64,000 bases of DNA from Balanoglossus misakiensis (Eukaryota > Animalia > Hemichordata): assembly GCA_040954595.2 (NCBI GenBank), contig CM082590.2:682001-746000 (forward strand), written 5' to 3'. A program made the position numbers and the translations under genes. Positions 11,415-24,200 of the stretch are shown here, piece after piece. The notes under the pieces were generated by a model that saw nothing but the letters and a program-made list of their open reading frames with translations, did no database searches and was not told where the DNA came from. Every line of letters begins with the position of its first letter. The first letter of the stretch is position 1.

Positions 11415-14400
11415 CATGGCTGACATATTGGATTTTCTGAAAAAATCAAATCTCAGATCTCAGAAACTACAAGTCAGATCGACTTCAAATTTGGCATGCA
11501 GGTAGACTACCTTCTACCCATCATTTGTGTAATTGGAAATTTTGCTGTCAATGTTGCAGTTTTTTTGCTACAGTTGTTTTTCTCAAATCTGGCTTAAATT
11601 TCAAAAATCTTCTTCTCCAGAACCAGTGATAAGGGACTTCCAGGGGGGGGGGGGGGGCTGGAGGATTTTCAGGGGGGGCCACCCATTTTCCCCAAGAAAA
11701 ATTAGGGGGGATCAGACATAAAAATCACAATCCTTTAGGGGGGGCCATGTAAAATACTCTCACAAACTCAATATTTGCCCAGAAGCACTGATTTATACAA
11801 TGTATAAGAAACAAACCACCATGGCTACCTGGATGACAGATGAACTCCGCAAGTGCATTAAATCTTCATAAGCTTGAATTTCCGGTAATTTTTACGGTGG
11901 GTTATTTTGTATATCTACTACAGTTTCTTTTTCTACTCTGTGAAGCATAATAAAATGCCCAGTATTTGGCCTGCCAGCACAGACCATAAATGTACAGTGA
12001 ACAGTCAGTGTTGTTACTGTTGACGAGCTCAATTCAAGTCCAGACTAGAATTCGTTAATTTTCTCATCAATCATTCATATATGTATATAAAAAGTTCATT
12101 TGCTTTTGGGTTCATTAAAATGCAGCTTTGAGCTCTGTATTTTATAAAATTTTCTTACAGGGGAGGGGGACACCCCCTCCCAAACCCACCCCCTTCACTT
12201 CTCGGTTTACAATATCTGCCAACACAGAATACAAATACTTAACAAATATAAACAATGTTCAGTTTTAATATCCACTGATGAGGAAAAACATCAGTTTCAA
12301 ATTCTTTTCATGGGAGCGCTGTTTTTCTTTTTTTACAAGATAGATGATGTGTTTTGCTGTGTGAAAGAAAATGGGGGGTGGGATTTCAAAATTTTAAGCT
12401 GTTCGGAAGGGGGGGATTTGAAAATATTTCGGGTTGTTGAGGGGGGCATGTGAAAATTAACGGTAAAAAAAAATTAATTCTCCCCCCCCCTTCCAGAGGT
12501 GTTTGTAAATGCAGCCTTATCAGACTGTATGTGTCGTAGTATGTACCGGTAAGCATGCATGTATATATTGGGGGGGGGGGGGGGTCATGGAAAAAAAACA
12601 GGAAATTTACGGGGGGGGGGCCACAGATTTCCTCCAAAATTTACAAGGGGGGGGGGCCATGGAAAAAAATCACCAGGAAAATAAGAAATCCTCCAGCCCC
12701 ACCCTGGAAGTAAATTCTGGACAGTCCCTAACCGAGACACGGGGTTTGGGGTATGTGGTCACCTAACTGATGTCTATCAAGTTTGCGAAGATCATTGTGA
12801 TTGGTCGAAGATTATGGCGGCCATATTGGATTTTCGAAAAACCATAGTAAAACTGCAAAAATCTTCTTCTCCAGAACGACCGATGACTGAGTCGCAAGAT
12901 TCGGGGAGTATGGTCACTACACTGATGTCTATCAAGTTTGCAAAGAGCATTGTGATTGGTCGAAGATTATGGCGGCCATATTGGATTTTGTAAAAAGCAG
13001 TGAAAAATTGAAATTCCTTTTTCTAGTCTAAAAATTGATAGCATACAAATTCTTTTTATGGATATCAGTCGTCATGTGACTAAAATATGCTACAATTTTT
13101 TGGCGATTTTTCACATGACCTTTGACCTACTTATCACGCGTTATTATTTCTGCATATCTAATTCCAGGCTAACCTATAGGGCTAGACGTTTGGTTGGGTG
13201 ACCTCTGGTGACCTTTGACCTACTTTCGCATATCTCAGCATCCAGAGCAGATACAGCCATGGCATTTGGCAGGATGGGACCAAAATGTAAAGCCACATTT
13301 TTGGGTCACCTGTTACACCTGCTGACCTCATTAAATATGCACATACCTTATTACAGGCGAACCAATAGAGCTAGAGTTTTGGTTTTTTTGGACATGGACC
13401 AGTATGGGTAAAAAAAAATTGCCCAAATGTTGGGTGACCTCAGGTGACCTTTGACCTACTTCACCCTATTTCAGCAGCAAAAATACATACGTCCTTGTTA
13501 TGTCATGAGATAATACACCCGATAGAAAATTCTATTTCTTCTCATTCATACTGTGCATATATAATTCGAGATCAGCGCTTGGGCCCGACAATGCTGCTTG
13601 CAGCTTTAATTCTTTCTTTATTCTTATGTCAATCTTTGCTCTCCTAGATCTCTGAAACGGCTACCGGTACACTTCTCAAACTTGCTACAGTGGTCAAGGT
13701 CAATGAGTAGATGTGAATATTTAATTAGTCACGTGACCTGGCGGCCATATTGGATTTTCTGAAAATCTTTAAATGGCTTCTTCTCAAAAACCACAGGGCC
13801 AATCAAGTTCAAATTTGGTGTATGGTACACATGTCCTCTGCCCTTCAAAGTTTGACAATAAAATCCTGAGCGGTCACGTGACTTTGGCCGCCATAGTACA
13901 GTAAAATCTTCAAAAATCTTCTTCTCCAGAACCGGCAATAACCGAGTCATGGGATTTAGGGTATGACATCACCTAACTGATGTCTATCAAGTTTGCGAAG
14001 AGCGTTGTGATTGGTCGAAGATTATGGCGGCCATATTGGATTTTGTAAAAACCAGTGAAAATTAAGAAATCATTTTTCTAGTCTAAAAATAGATAGCATA
14101 CAAATTCTTTTTGTGGATATGAGTCGTCATATGACTAGAATATGTTGCAAATTTTTTGGCAATTTTCACATGACCTTTGACCTACTTTTTTAAGAACCTG
14201 CATATATGCATATATAGCTCATACTACCTGTTCTAAATGTACCAGAGTTCTGATTTTTGTGCACATTGGTATCACCCCTGCCAGGACCTACCCCAAATAT
14301 TTTGGTAATTTTGGCAATGACCTTTGACCTACTTTTGACACATCGTTTTTTCTGCATATCTAATTCCAGGCTAACCTATAGGGCTATCATTTTGGTTTTT

Positions 14401-14994
14401 GATGTATGTGGATTTGTATGTGATCAAAAAATTTCGCTACTTTTCATGACCCCTTTGACCTCTGCTGACCTCATTAAATATGTGCATACCTAATTTCAGA
14501 TGAACCAATAGACCTAGAGGTTTGGTTTCTGTTGGACATGGACCAGTATTGGGTCAAAAAAATTTGCCCAAATGTTGGGTGACCTCTGGTGACCTTTGAC
14601 CTACTTTTGCATATCTCGACATCCACAGCAGATACAGCCTATGCGTTTGGAGGTATGGGGCCATAATGAAAAGCCAAAGTTTTGGGTCACCTGTGACACC
14701 TGCTTAACTCATTATTTATGTGCATACCTAATTACGGGCTACCCAAAAGGGCTAGAGGTCTGGTTTTTGTTGGACATGGACCACTATGGGTCAAAACTTT
14801 CTGCCCAAATTTTGGGTGACCTCAGATGACCTTTGACCTACTTAACACTATATCAGCACCAAACATAGATATAACCTTGATATTTCATGGGATAAAACAC
14901 AGCATTATGTTTCTACTCATTAATTATGTGCATATCTAATAATCTGATCAGATAATAGAGCTTGGGCCCGGACAATGCTGCTTGCAGCTTTAAT
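11415..14994 (+). mobile_element. Two head-to-tail HINE-like elements, family C (about 11415-13611 and 13612-14994)
   Basis: Both end gcttgggccc(g)gacaatGCTGCttGCAGCtttaat (subTIR plus hairpin). Internal repeats of about 155 bp (ggcggccatattggatttt) and about 238 bp. Confidence 0.65.
11633..12728. mobile_element. PIF/Harbinger-type MITE related to 8322-9500
   Basis: GGGAC...GTCCC termini with TAA on both sides. The empty site ggcaa-TAA-ccgag is seen near 13939. Shares an internal block with 9055-9150. Confidence 0.7.
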
Positions 14995-15324
14995 CTCTTG
15001 TTGGGTATATAACATTATGTTGAAATGTCAGAGTATTTCCTCATTTTAGTTCGTTTCCCCTGTATATTTATACCACTTTCATCAAATCCATCATCACCTT
15101 GACAACCTGATCTAGGATGTGACTTTGGCGACAATATTTCATCTGGACTGGTTGAAGTAGCTCCCTTGGTGAGTAGCTGATATAATACTCCACTTGAAAT
15201 GACACTAGAATTAACGGATGAAGACTGTTCTGGCTATCAGATATCATGGACAAACCGCCACAATTACCCTGTAGCAACATTCTAAGTGTTGAAATCACAT
15301 GAACACCCTTGTGCAAATCATGAT

Positions 15325-16205
15325 TTTTTTTCTTTAAAATAATGTTTATTCAACTCAATTAACATACATTTTTTACATTCAACTCAATTAACATACATTT
15401 TTACACATTGTTCTGATAAAGGCAAGATCCAACTTTACAATGTTTCTGTTCAATATCAATATTTCTAATACATATATACTTGTGGTGAACTTTAACTTAG
15501 ACACTCTTGAATTTTTCCATCATTTTTTATCTGTTGAATGCACGTTAACTCATCTATTAATAATCGCCATATGTTATTTTCGTTAATAATTCTTGCTTTG
15601 TATACACAGATAGTTGCCACCATTATGATCACATTTAGTGATTCTAGATTGTCGCATTCCAACATGTACCCAAATACAATATGCTTCCAAATTAGCTTTA
15701 TTTTATATTGTACACATTTTTAATAAGAATGTTCAGCCTTTTCCAAAATGCTTCACAGCAGAACAATCAAAAAGAAAATGTATGCAGTTATCCATACATT
15801 TACATAGTTTACAATTCGGGTTGTCTGCTTTCTTCCATTTCCACAGATTTAAACTGTGTGGAATTGTGTTGTAAAGTAAAAAGTAACTAAATTGGGCAAT
15901 TTTTTAACACCCATGTCTTTTATTTTAATTTTCATTATAAACGCCCAGTTTATGTGTTCTATATAGTATATCTGCTGGCCCAAAATGTCGGCGCATATGA
16001 TTTCACTCCCTTTCTCACTACAATATTCCAATAAAAGTCTTTGCATAAAAAATTGTGTACATCTTTGTATTTCCCTGTATGGTCTTGTCTCATTATTGGC
16101 TTTGTATCCCGGTATACACACAGAAAATTCTTTGCAGACATCATACTTCTCTTCCGTTCGTATGGTATGACTTTTTTCAATATTAAATACTTTGTTGTCC
16201 AATTT
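15325..16205 (-). mobile_element. 3' fragment of an L1/Tx1-type LINE
   Basis: Minus strand LLYNTIPHSLNLWKWKKADNPNCKLCKCMDNCIHFLFDC (zf-RVT-like C-terminal CCHC), then AATAAA and an A-rich tail near 15325-15350. Confidence 0.6.
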
Positions 16206-16209
16206 CTTT

Positions 16210-16827
16210 GTATGTATGTATGTATGTATGTATGTATGTATGTATGTATGTATGTATGTATGTATGTATGTATGTATGTATGTATGTATGTATGTATGTA
16301 TGTATGTATGAATGAATGAATGAATGAATGAATGTATGGATAGATGGATGGATGGATGTCTGTCCGTCCACATCAAAAACTTGAAAACCGCTGCGTGTAT
16401 CACCTTGATATTTGGTGTGCAGGTGCAGGCTGGGCTGTAGATGGGAGTTTGTTCAAATGAAGTTGTCATTGCCAAAAATATGCAAATTAGCTGGAAAATG
16501 TGAATTTGGTCAAAACTCAGTAACTCAAGAACTACTGGTCAGATTGCTTTGCGAAGTGGTGTGTATTTACTTTATTGAGTTGTTTATATACACAGCAATT
16601 CCTGAATTATGATTACATAACTGGCTAAGTTTTAAAGAGGCCAGCTGTTCTATTTAGTGTATGTGTACAGTACATATGCCATTGGCAGCTTATGGGTCAG
16701 TAAGTGCTTGCCCATTGATCTCTCGCTATGTGTGTGTGTGTGTGTGTGTCTGTCTGTCTGTCTGTATATGGCCAAGTACCCCGGTGTACACTTTTTCTTG
16801 TGTCACTGTGTCCTTGACGCGATTTTT
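16210..16827 (+). mobile_element. HINE family B, partial copy with expanded (TATG)n/(AATG)n microsatellite
   Basis: Homologous to 1738-1880 and 3235-3445. 3' hairpin tgtgtccttgacgcg. Confidence 0.7.
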
Positions 16828-16869
16828 AATAATACTATTAGATAGCACCTTTTTGAAACAAATCTGAGC

Positions 16870-17113
16870 CATACATTTTTTAATTTTTTATCTTTTATTT
16901 GAACCTTCATCTTAATTACATGTTTATATAAATATAGAAAATATAGTGTTGTTGCAAGAGGTAAAAAATTACAGCAAACTCGTAATTTTCTCAAAAGTTT
17001 CTAGTACAACATCTTTTGCATCCAGCTGTTTTTCAATCTTGTATCTTAAAATAAACTCATTTTTGATTACAACTTCAATTTGTGTTTTTTCATTAGTCAC
17101 CCAGTACTTATGA
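16870..17113 (-). mobile_element. 3' end of the L1/Tx1-type LINE that hosts the Gypsy element
   Basis: Joining 47407-47387 to 17113 on the minus strand gives ILLGKWSI|HKYWVTNEKTQIEVVIKNEFILRYKIEK...*, which parallels the + strand paralog at 51288-51455 (ILLGKWSIHKYWICQTNTPIEVIFKNEFKLRYNIEK). Confidence 0.85.
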
Positions 17114-17117
17114 ATAC

Positions 17118-17583
17118 TGTTGTAGTTTTCTCAGCGTAGCTAGATTTCACGTCGTTGACCCGGTAATGGTAGCATCGCCCACAATGAAATCATCCCGTAC
17201 ACTTCGACTGGATTACCAACCGCCTCGGCAGGTTCGGATCGCTTGGAATAGTTGTCAGTGAATCTGTTTCCCCTGCTCTGTCTGATGCAGTGACGCCCTC
17301 TCACATGTACATTGACTCAGCGCAACACCAGCCGGAATAGTTAACAAGAACAACGGATTTATTCGTATTTTGACTGTGTTACAAACTTTCACGTCTGCCC
17401 AGTTCGGAGGTGGGAACCCAAGAGAGCGAGAATGAGGTGTATCCCCGGCAAAAGTAGCCCGCCCCAACTATTACCCAATCAGCACGAATGTGAAGTTCAC
17501 GTGATATAGTCCGGCCAATCACAGTTCCAGCCTACTTCCTGATAGGCTCAAGCAGTGGTAACTTTGCAAGGTTTTCCATGACA
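17118..17583 (-). repeat. Gypsy 3' LTR
   Basis: About 14 substitutions against 46921-47386 by manual count (about 97% identity). Confidence 0.95.
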
Positions 17584-17854
17584 TTCCCCCCACAAGACTT
17601 GGTTACTTTCCGAGACCCAGTCATAGCAATCTAAAACTACAATAACAAATGGAACACAGAAATCAATAATTCAAATACTAAGTCAAAAGAACACATCACT
17701 GTTTCTGTTTTAAAGTCTTTGACTCTTAGTGTTCGAAGGTGCAGTTCAATCTACCTTCTGTCTCAGTAAAATAAGTGTCCTTGTCAAATGGCACACGTAT
17801 CCTGGTACCCATTTTGTTTTCTTCATCGTCAACAGGTGCTTGAAGTTTTCGTCC

Positions 17855-20800
17855 TCAACAGGCGCCTGTGAATCCATAGAAGAGCGTTGGCTTCCGCCTT
17901 CTTTTAGGGTATCTCTTAGGTGTATCTTCGTCTCTGATCATTTCCGGTTTAACCCCCGATGGATCATCAGTGGTTACATCCAGGGTTTCTCCGCCTACTG
18001 CTTCATCTGCATCAGTGTCAAAGTAGTGTTCTTGGGTTTCGGGTGGGGAATCCTTTTGACCGCTGGCATACGTCTTTCCATCAGATGACAATTTGTCAAT
18101 AGGTTCTTCTGATTTTGGTCCACTTGGGGTCCTGGTGTCTGCTTTCTGGGCCTCTTCAAAGGGATCTTCAGGTCTGTTTTCTTGCACCCTCTCATCTAAG
18201 GGGGCGAGCTTCACTTTGTCTAGCCAGCCAGGTAGGTCAGGACCTGTGTATCCCTTCAGCTTCTCAAAGTGAACCACTTTAAACTTTGTCCGGGGCCGAT
18301 GCACGCTGGATCCGGTATACGACGTCAGTCAGTCTGTTCACCACCATATACGGTCCCTCATATGCCATCTGTAGTTTCGGGCTTTGACCTTTCTTCCTCC
18401 TTTCGTCTCTTAGCCAAACAAATTCACCAGGCTGGAAAGACTTATGAAGGGCATTACGATCGTAATAGCTCTTTTGGGTTCTAGTACTTGCTTTCAACTG
18501 CTCTCTTGCCCGGTCATGGGCATTTCGCAACTTATCGCGCAGTTTATCCACATAGTCACCCCCAGATTCCTCCTCAAATTCAATCTCAAATATCAGATCG
18601 TTGGGCAGTGTCACCTCTCTACCCAGCATCATCATATTCAGAGTTTCACCTGTGGCTGGGTGTACCGAAGAGCGGTATGCCATCGTAGCACAAGACAGAT
18701 GTTGGTCCCAGTCTTTTGGTATTTCAAGGGGTCCATATAAGATTTTATCGTTAGACACACAATGGTTGAATTTTTCAACCATCCCGTCTCCCTGTGGGTG
18801 TCTAGGCGTGGTGTATGTTTTGTCCACCCCTAGCAATTTGCAGACTTCCACGAATACTGACGAGATGAAATTTCGGCCTCTATCTGAATGTACCTCGTGA
18901 GGCATACCAAACCTACTGAAAAATTCGTCGACCAGTACCTTTGCCACTGTGGTTGCCTTCTCATTTGAAATAGGGAATGCCTCCATCCATTTGCTAAAAT
19001 AGTCTCCTACAACCAATACCTTCCGGTTGCCATTGTAACTCTCCACAAATGGTCCCAGAACATCAATGGCCACCCTCTCCATGGGACACCCCACCACATA
19101 CAATTGTAAGTGTGAGGATATAAAACCATAATTGTCGTGTGAGGGCGCTATAATTTGTGTGCATGCGCAGACAGTGTTTTTCTTGCTATAGTACATGTAC
19201 TTACCTTGTAACCCTGTCATTCGATCACTGAATTTCATCCGGAGCCATCCACTATGTGGTGAGCGCTGCTACTTTGTACTTACCTTGTGAGATTCAACCA
19301 CTGAATTTCATCCGGCGACATCTACTTTGTGGCCAGCGTTGTTACTTTGATAACTACACATACTTGTTTGGTTCTTTGTTGTTGCGTAGTTGTTTGTTTG
19401 AGGTACTTGTTTTCAAGTCACTTACAGTTTACTATACAAGTCTCGCTCCTGTCAAAACCACTTATGGTCTATCATTATCCAAATTGAACCATTGTAATGT
19501 GTGACTGTATACGGAAGCTGGAATAAAAGTGCTCATTGGAATTGAACTCTAACCGTGGTGTGCGTGTCCAATGTTCCTGTGTTACATAAGGGAGCCTTGT
19601 GCCTTTTACCAGGCACCCGCTTGCGTGAACACACCTCACATGAACGCACCCAAGATCTGACATCTACGGACATGCCATGCCAGTAATACCTCTGCCTCAC
19701 CTTGTCATGTGTTTTTGTCATCCCTAAGTGACCACCTGCGTTTGCATCATGCAACCCTCCAATCACCACATTGTGACACACTTTAGGCAGAATTAATTGC
19801 CATTTCACTAAAGTCCCATCAGCCGACTCCCATCTCCTGTACAGCACACCCCTGTAGACTATCAATTGTTCATACATAGCCCAGTATGCCTTCGTGGCTG
19901 CCGAACACGGAGAGATCTCATTCCAGTCTGGTCGACTTTCCCTCCCCTCCCTAGCCTTCAAGACAACTGAAATATCGGGATCACTAAGTTGACAATCTCT
20001 AAGCTTTTCACTGGACCAAACGACTTCCCTGGCAACAACCTCTGCCTTTGTTGCCAAGGCATTCTCCCCAGTGCCCTTCGCGGTTGGCCAGTCCTGCTCA
20101 TCACAGCTGCCAGGATCAAAATTTTCCCAGTCACCTGGACAGCTGTCCTTGTTTGTCATAGCCGTATCAAACAATCCGCAACCCTCTACTTTGGCATTTT
20201 TGTCCTGAGAACTGTCATCTAGTCTATCGGTCCCTGCACACTCTGGCAGTTCACGGTACAACTGTTCGGACCGTACAACACTATTTTGTCTCATCGATGG
20301 AGATTTGCATTCAAACTCTGGTGCAAGCTTAGTGGATTCAACGCACCTGTACCATTAGTGGTGGTTGGTTCGTGTGCCATACCACACTGTTTGCACTCCA
20401 GACTGGTTTCCGAGATAGCGCATCAGCATTTCCATGGCGTACACCGGGACGATGGATACAGGTATAGTCAAAGCGACCGAGCGTCTCTAACCACCTAGCC
20501 AACTGCCCCTCTGGGTTCTTGAAATTAAGCAACCACACTAATGCAGCATGGTCAGTCCTCAGTGTGAATTTCTGGCCCAGCAAGTAGTGTTTGAAGTATT
20601 TTGTGTACTCGATTACAGCCAACAGTTCACGACGCGTTACACAGTACTTCCTTTCAGCACCCGATAGCACTCGGCCCGCATAACTAACAGGTCTCTCTTG
20701 ACCACCCTGTACTTGGCTCAACACTGCCCCTATGCCAATACCGCTAGCATCTGTATCCAGTATGAACTCACCCTTTTCCATCGGAAAAGCCAAAACTGGT

Positions 20801-21232
20801 GCCGATGTTAGTCTTGCCTTGAGCTGATCAAATGCGTTTTGACAATTCTCTGTCCAAGCAAATACAGAATCTTTCTTTGTTAAGTCATGAAGAGGACGGG
20901 CCAATTCAGCAAACCCCTGTACAAAGAGTCTGTAGTATGACGCCAGCCCCAAGAAGCTTCTTACTTCTGTGACTGTCTCAGGAATCAGCCAGTCTCTAAT
21001 AGCCTTGACCTTTCCTGGATCAGTAGCAACCCCTTCCCGAGAAACACGATGCCCCAAAAACTCAACACTGCGTGCAAAAAGCACACACTTACTCGGCTTT
21101 AATTTGAGATTTGAAGTACGAAGACGTTCAAATACCTTGCACAACCTTTCCAACTCTTCATGCATCAAATGATCTGCCAAATATTATGATGTCATCTAGA
21201 TACAAAAGCAGTATTTCCCACTGCATACCGGT
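17855..21232 (-). pseudogene. Gypsy pol 3' part: RT C-terminal half, RNase H, integrase with GPY/F module
   Basis: YLDD; LDTDASGIGIGAVL...ELLAV...RTDH; HHCC zinc finger (H...GH...C..C); RVAIDVLGPF...SDRGRNF...E; GPY...VVHFEKLK. Several frameshifts and a solo-LTR insertion. Confidence 0.92.
19111..19586 (+). mobile_element. Solo LTR inserted in the Gypsy integrase
   Basis: TG...CA, 476 bp, TSD TAAG at 19107-19110 and 19587-19590, AATAAA near 19522. Removing it restores KAPL|QLYVVGCPMERV. Confidence 0.85.
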
Positions 21233-24200
21233 TGTAGCTGCATAGAGATCGACTTTTGAAGTTTTGTGAGCAATAGCGCCCACTAGAGTTTTAAAAGTTT
21301 TGTTGTTGGAATCTGATTTCCCATGATTCAGCGGCAGCCATCTTTTTTTTCTATTTTCCTTTGACTTATATGCATTTTGTGAGTTTACATATGAGACGTA
21401 CACGCGTTTAGAGCCGATATAGAGATTTTATTCCATCGTTTATGTCATGATGCGGAGAGCATTGCGCAATCGATGCCATTTTGGACTATAGTGATGTTCA
21501 GCCTATACACGGACATATGTTTGTTTGTTGCACTTTGAGCGCGATCGCAGTGAAAGGACATTATGAACAGTCATTGGCTGTATGCCTTGAACTATATTTC
21601 GCGTTCATACATCAGCTCTGTTTGCTGACGTTTTGCAGTTTTGCTTGCTTATTTTCACGAGATCTTACGGTGTTGGCTTACATACGGTGTTGGTCTATAA
21701 CAGTAAACGGTGTTAACGACAGAGAGCCACATTAAAGAGATATGCCACATCAGTCAAGAACGTGTCCGCCTAAATAAATTGGTTGTTGCTGCTACAGTAA
21801 GATCTCTACCTTGAGAGGCGACGTATAGAAAGATCTCCACCCTTCGGAGGCAACATATAGAAAGACACAGAGAAAGAAAACAACCTCCTAAAGTGATGTA
21901 AACAAAGATCTCCATCTTCCAAAGAAATGCACAGAGAACCAGAGACATTGTATACAGAGAGTTGGTGAAGAAAACAAACAAACCACAAACAAACAGAAAG
22001 AGAGAGAGAGAGAGAGCTTCACCAGTAACAATACAGTATACAAAAAAAGAAAGTCTACATACAACAGTGAGTTCATCATAGAGAACATTACTGGTTCACA
22101 TCACTGAAATTATGCATGCAAATATGGAGACAAAGGAAAGAATCACATGCTTAGAACAGAAAATAGAAGAGCTACAAGACACATTGGAAGTGGAAACTAG
22201 CCAAACTGAAAGAGACAAAATACTGAGATGCATGTTAGAATTACAAGATGAAATTCTAGAGCTGAGCAAGTCAGTAGAGAGCAGCAAAGAGCCACGCAGA
22301 AGTGAAAGAAGTCGTAAACCCACAGAGATAATGACTGAATTCCAGGAAACAGAGAGAGTGAAGAAAGAGAAACGAATGACAAAGATCTTTACTCAAAATT
22401 ACCAAACCTGGAAATTAGTCACAAAGTCTGTTCGTGCAAGTCTATGGGAATATTGCACCGAGGACACACTTGATAGTCTGAACAGATCAATGAACCAAAA
22501 CCGAGATGAAGTTATTAAAGCATATGAAGCCCTGTGTGAAGTTTGTCTCCCAGATCAAGAAATGCGGCGACAGACAGACACTTGCACTGCCATCACATGG
22601 CAATTACTCCAAATGATTATAAACAAGACAAAGAATGCAACTGAAGAGAATAACGAACAGCAACTAAACGTCATATTGCAGCAAGACGTCAATGTATCAA
22701 TATTCAGTACAAATTTATCGAGCTCATCGTACACATCGCTGTCTTCAGTAGAGAAACGAGCAGAAGCAGTTGCTGAAATCGCAGCACAAGAACTAGAACT
22801 GGAAACGTTTTGACAAAGAATCGTCCTGGCCAAACAACAAATGACAACATAGGACATACTACACACAGCATAGATACATCCGCCATAGCCAGTATTTTAC
22901 AGAACAGCCTGATGATCAGTAGGTTGCCACTACCAGAGCCGCCTTTGTTCACCGGCAACCCCCTGCAGTACATCGAATGGAAAATCAGCTTTAAAAGTCT
23001 TATAGAGAGCAGAGGTATTGCAGCAGCTGAAAGAATGTACTATTTGAAGAGATATGTGAGTGGCGCAGCACGGAAAGCAGTAGAAGGATTTTCCTACAGC
23101 AGTTCTGAAGAATCATACACAGCGGCATGGAACTTGCTGGAAGAGAGATATGGGCATACTTTCAAAGTTCAAAAGGCATTCAGAGATAGCTTTCCAAATG
23201 GCCGAAAATTAGTCCCAAAGATTCAGCCGGTCTCCAAGAGTTTGCAGATTACCTCAGAGCTTGCAAAGATGCAATCCCACATGTATGAGGACTGAAGATT
23301 TTGAATGACTGTGAGGAAAATCAGCGGTTGTTGATGAAACTGCCAGATTGGGTTGCTTCACGTTGGAATCGCAAGGTGACACAAATGTTGGACAGCACAG
23401 CAGAGTATCCAGGTTTCGAAAGCTTTGTTGAGTTCGTAGCGAAGGAAGCACGTATCGCCTGCAATCCAATTTCATCATTGTATGCCATGAAAGAATCAGG
23501 TTTCGCTGACAACACAAGAGAACCTAATGACAAGGGAAGAAAGGTCAGTAGAAACAAAGGCACCACATTCACAACAGAGTTCAGAGAAGTCAAGAAAGAA
23601 ACGTCTGATGTCAAACAAACATTTGACTCTAAGACATACATACCGAAACCATGCACGTTTTGTCATATTGCAGATCATCAACTCAGCTCCTGTTCTGAAT
23701 TCAAGAAAGGATCGCTAGAAGAAAAGAGGAAGTACATACAGGAAAAAAGAATATGTTTCAGTTGTCTCAAGAGAGGACATAATGCACGAGATTGCCGACG
23801 GAAATCAATATGCGATAGGTGTAAAGGGAGACACCCAACCACACTTCACGATGACTCGAAAGACAGAAAACCTCCCAATGAAACAAAGGACACTACAGAG
23901 GTCTCAGCAGTAGCACACAAGACTCAGTTGGGAGATGGTAAAGGTACTTCAATGATAGTTCCAGTGTGGGTGTCTTCGAAAGAGTCTCCGTCAAAGGAAG
24001 TCCTCACATATGCACTGTTGGACACACAAAGTGACTCAACATTCATCCTAGAAGATATAGCAAAGACAGTCTCTGATGAATGTCAACCAGTTCGGCTGAA
24101 ACTCTCAACGATGTCTTCAGCATCATCCATTGTGGACTGCAAGGTTGTCCCAAACCTGCGTGTCAGAGGAATGTCTTCACACACCTACGTAGACATTCGA

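Noticed and set aside
15849-16475. 208-aa ORF with HTYI repeats
   Set aside because: The frame is opened by the (TATG)n microsatellite joined to a LINE remnant.
17855-18304. Possible env or extra ORF after the Gypsy integrase
   Set aside because: It is the frameshifted integrase tail (VVHFEKLK plus a low-complexity acidic stretch), with no signal peptide or transmembrane segment.
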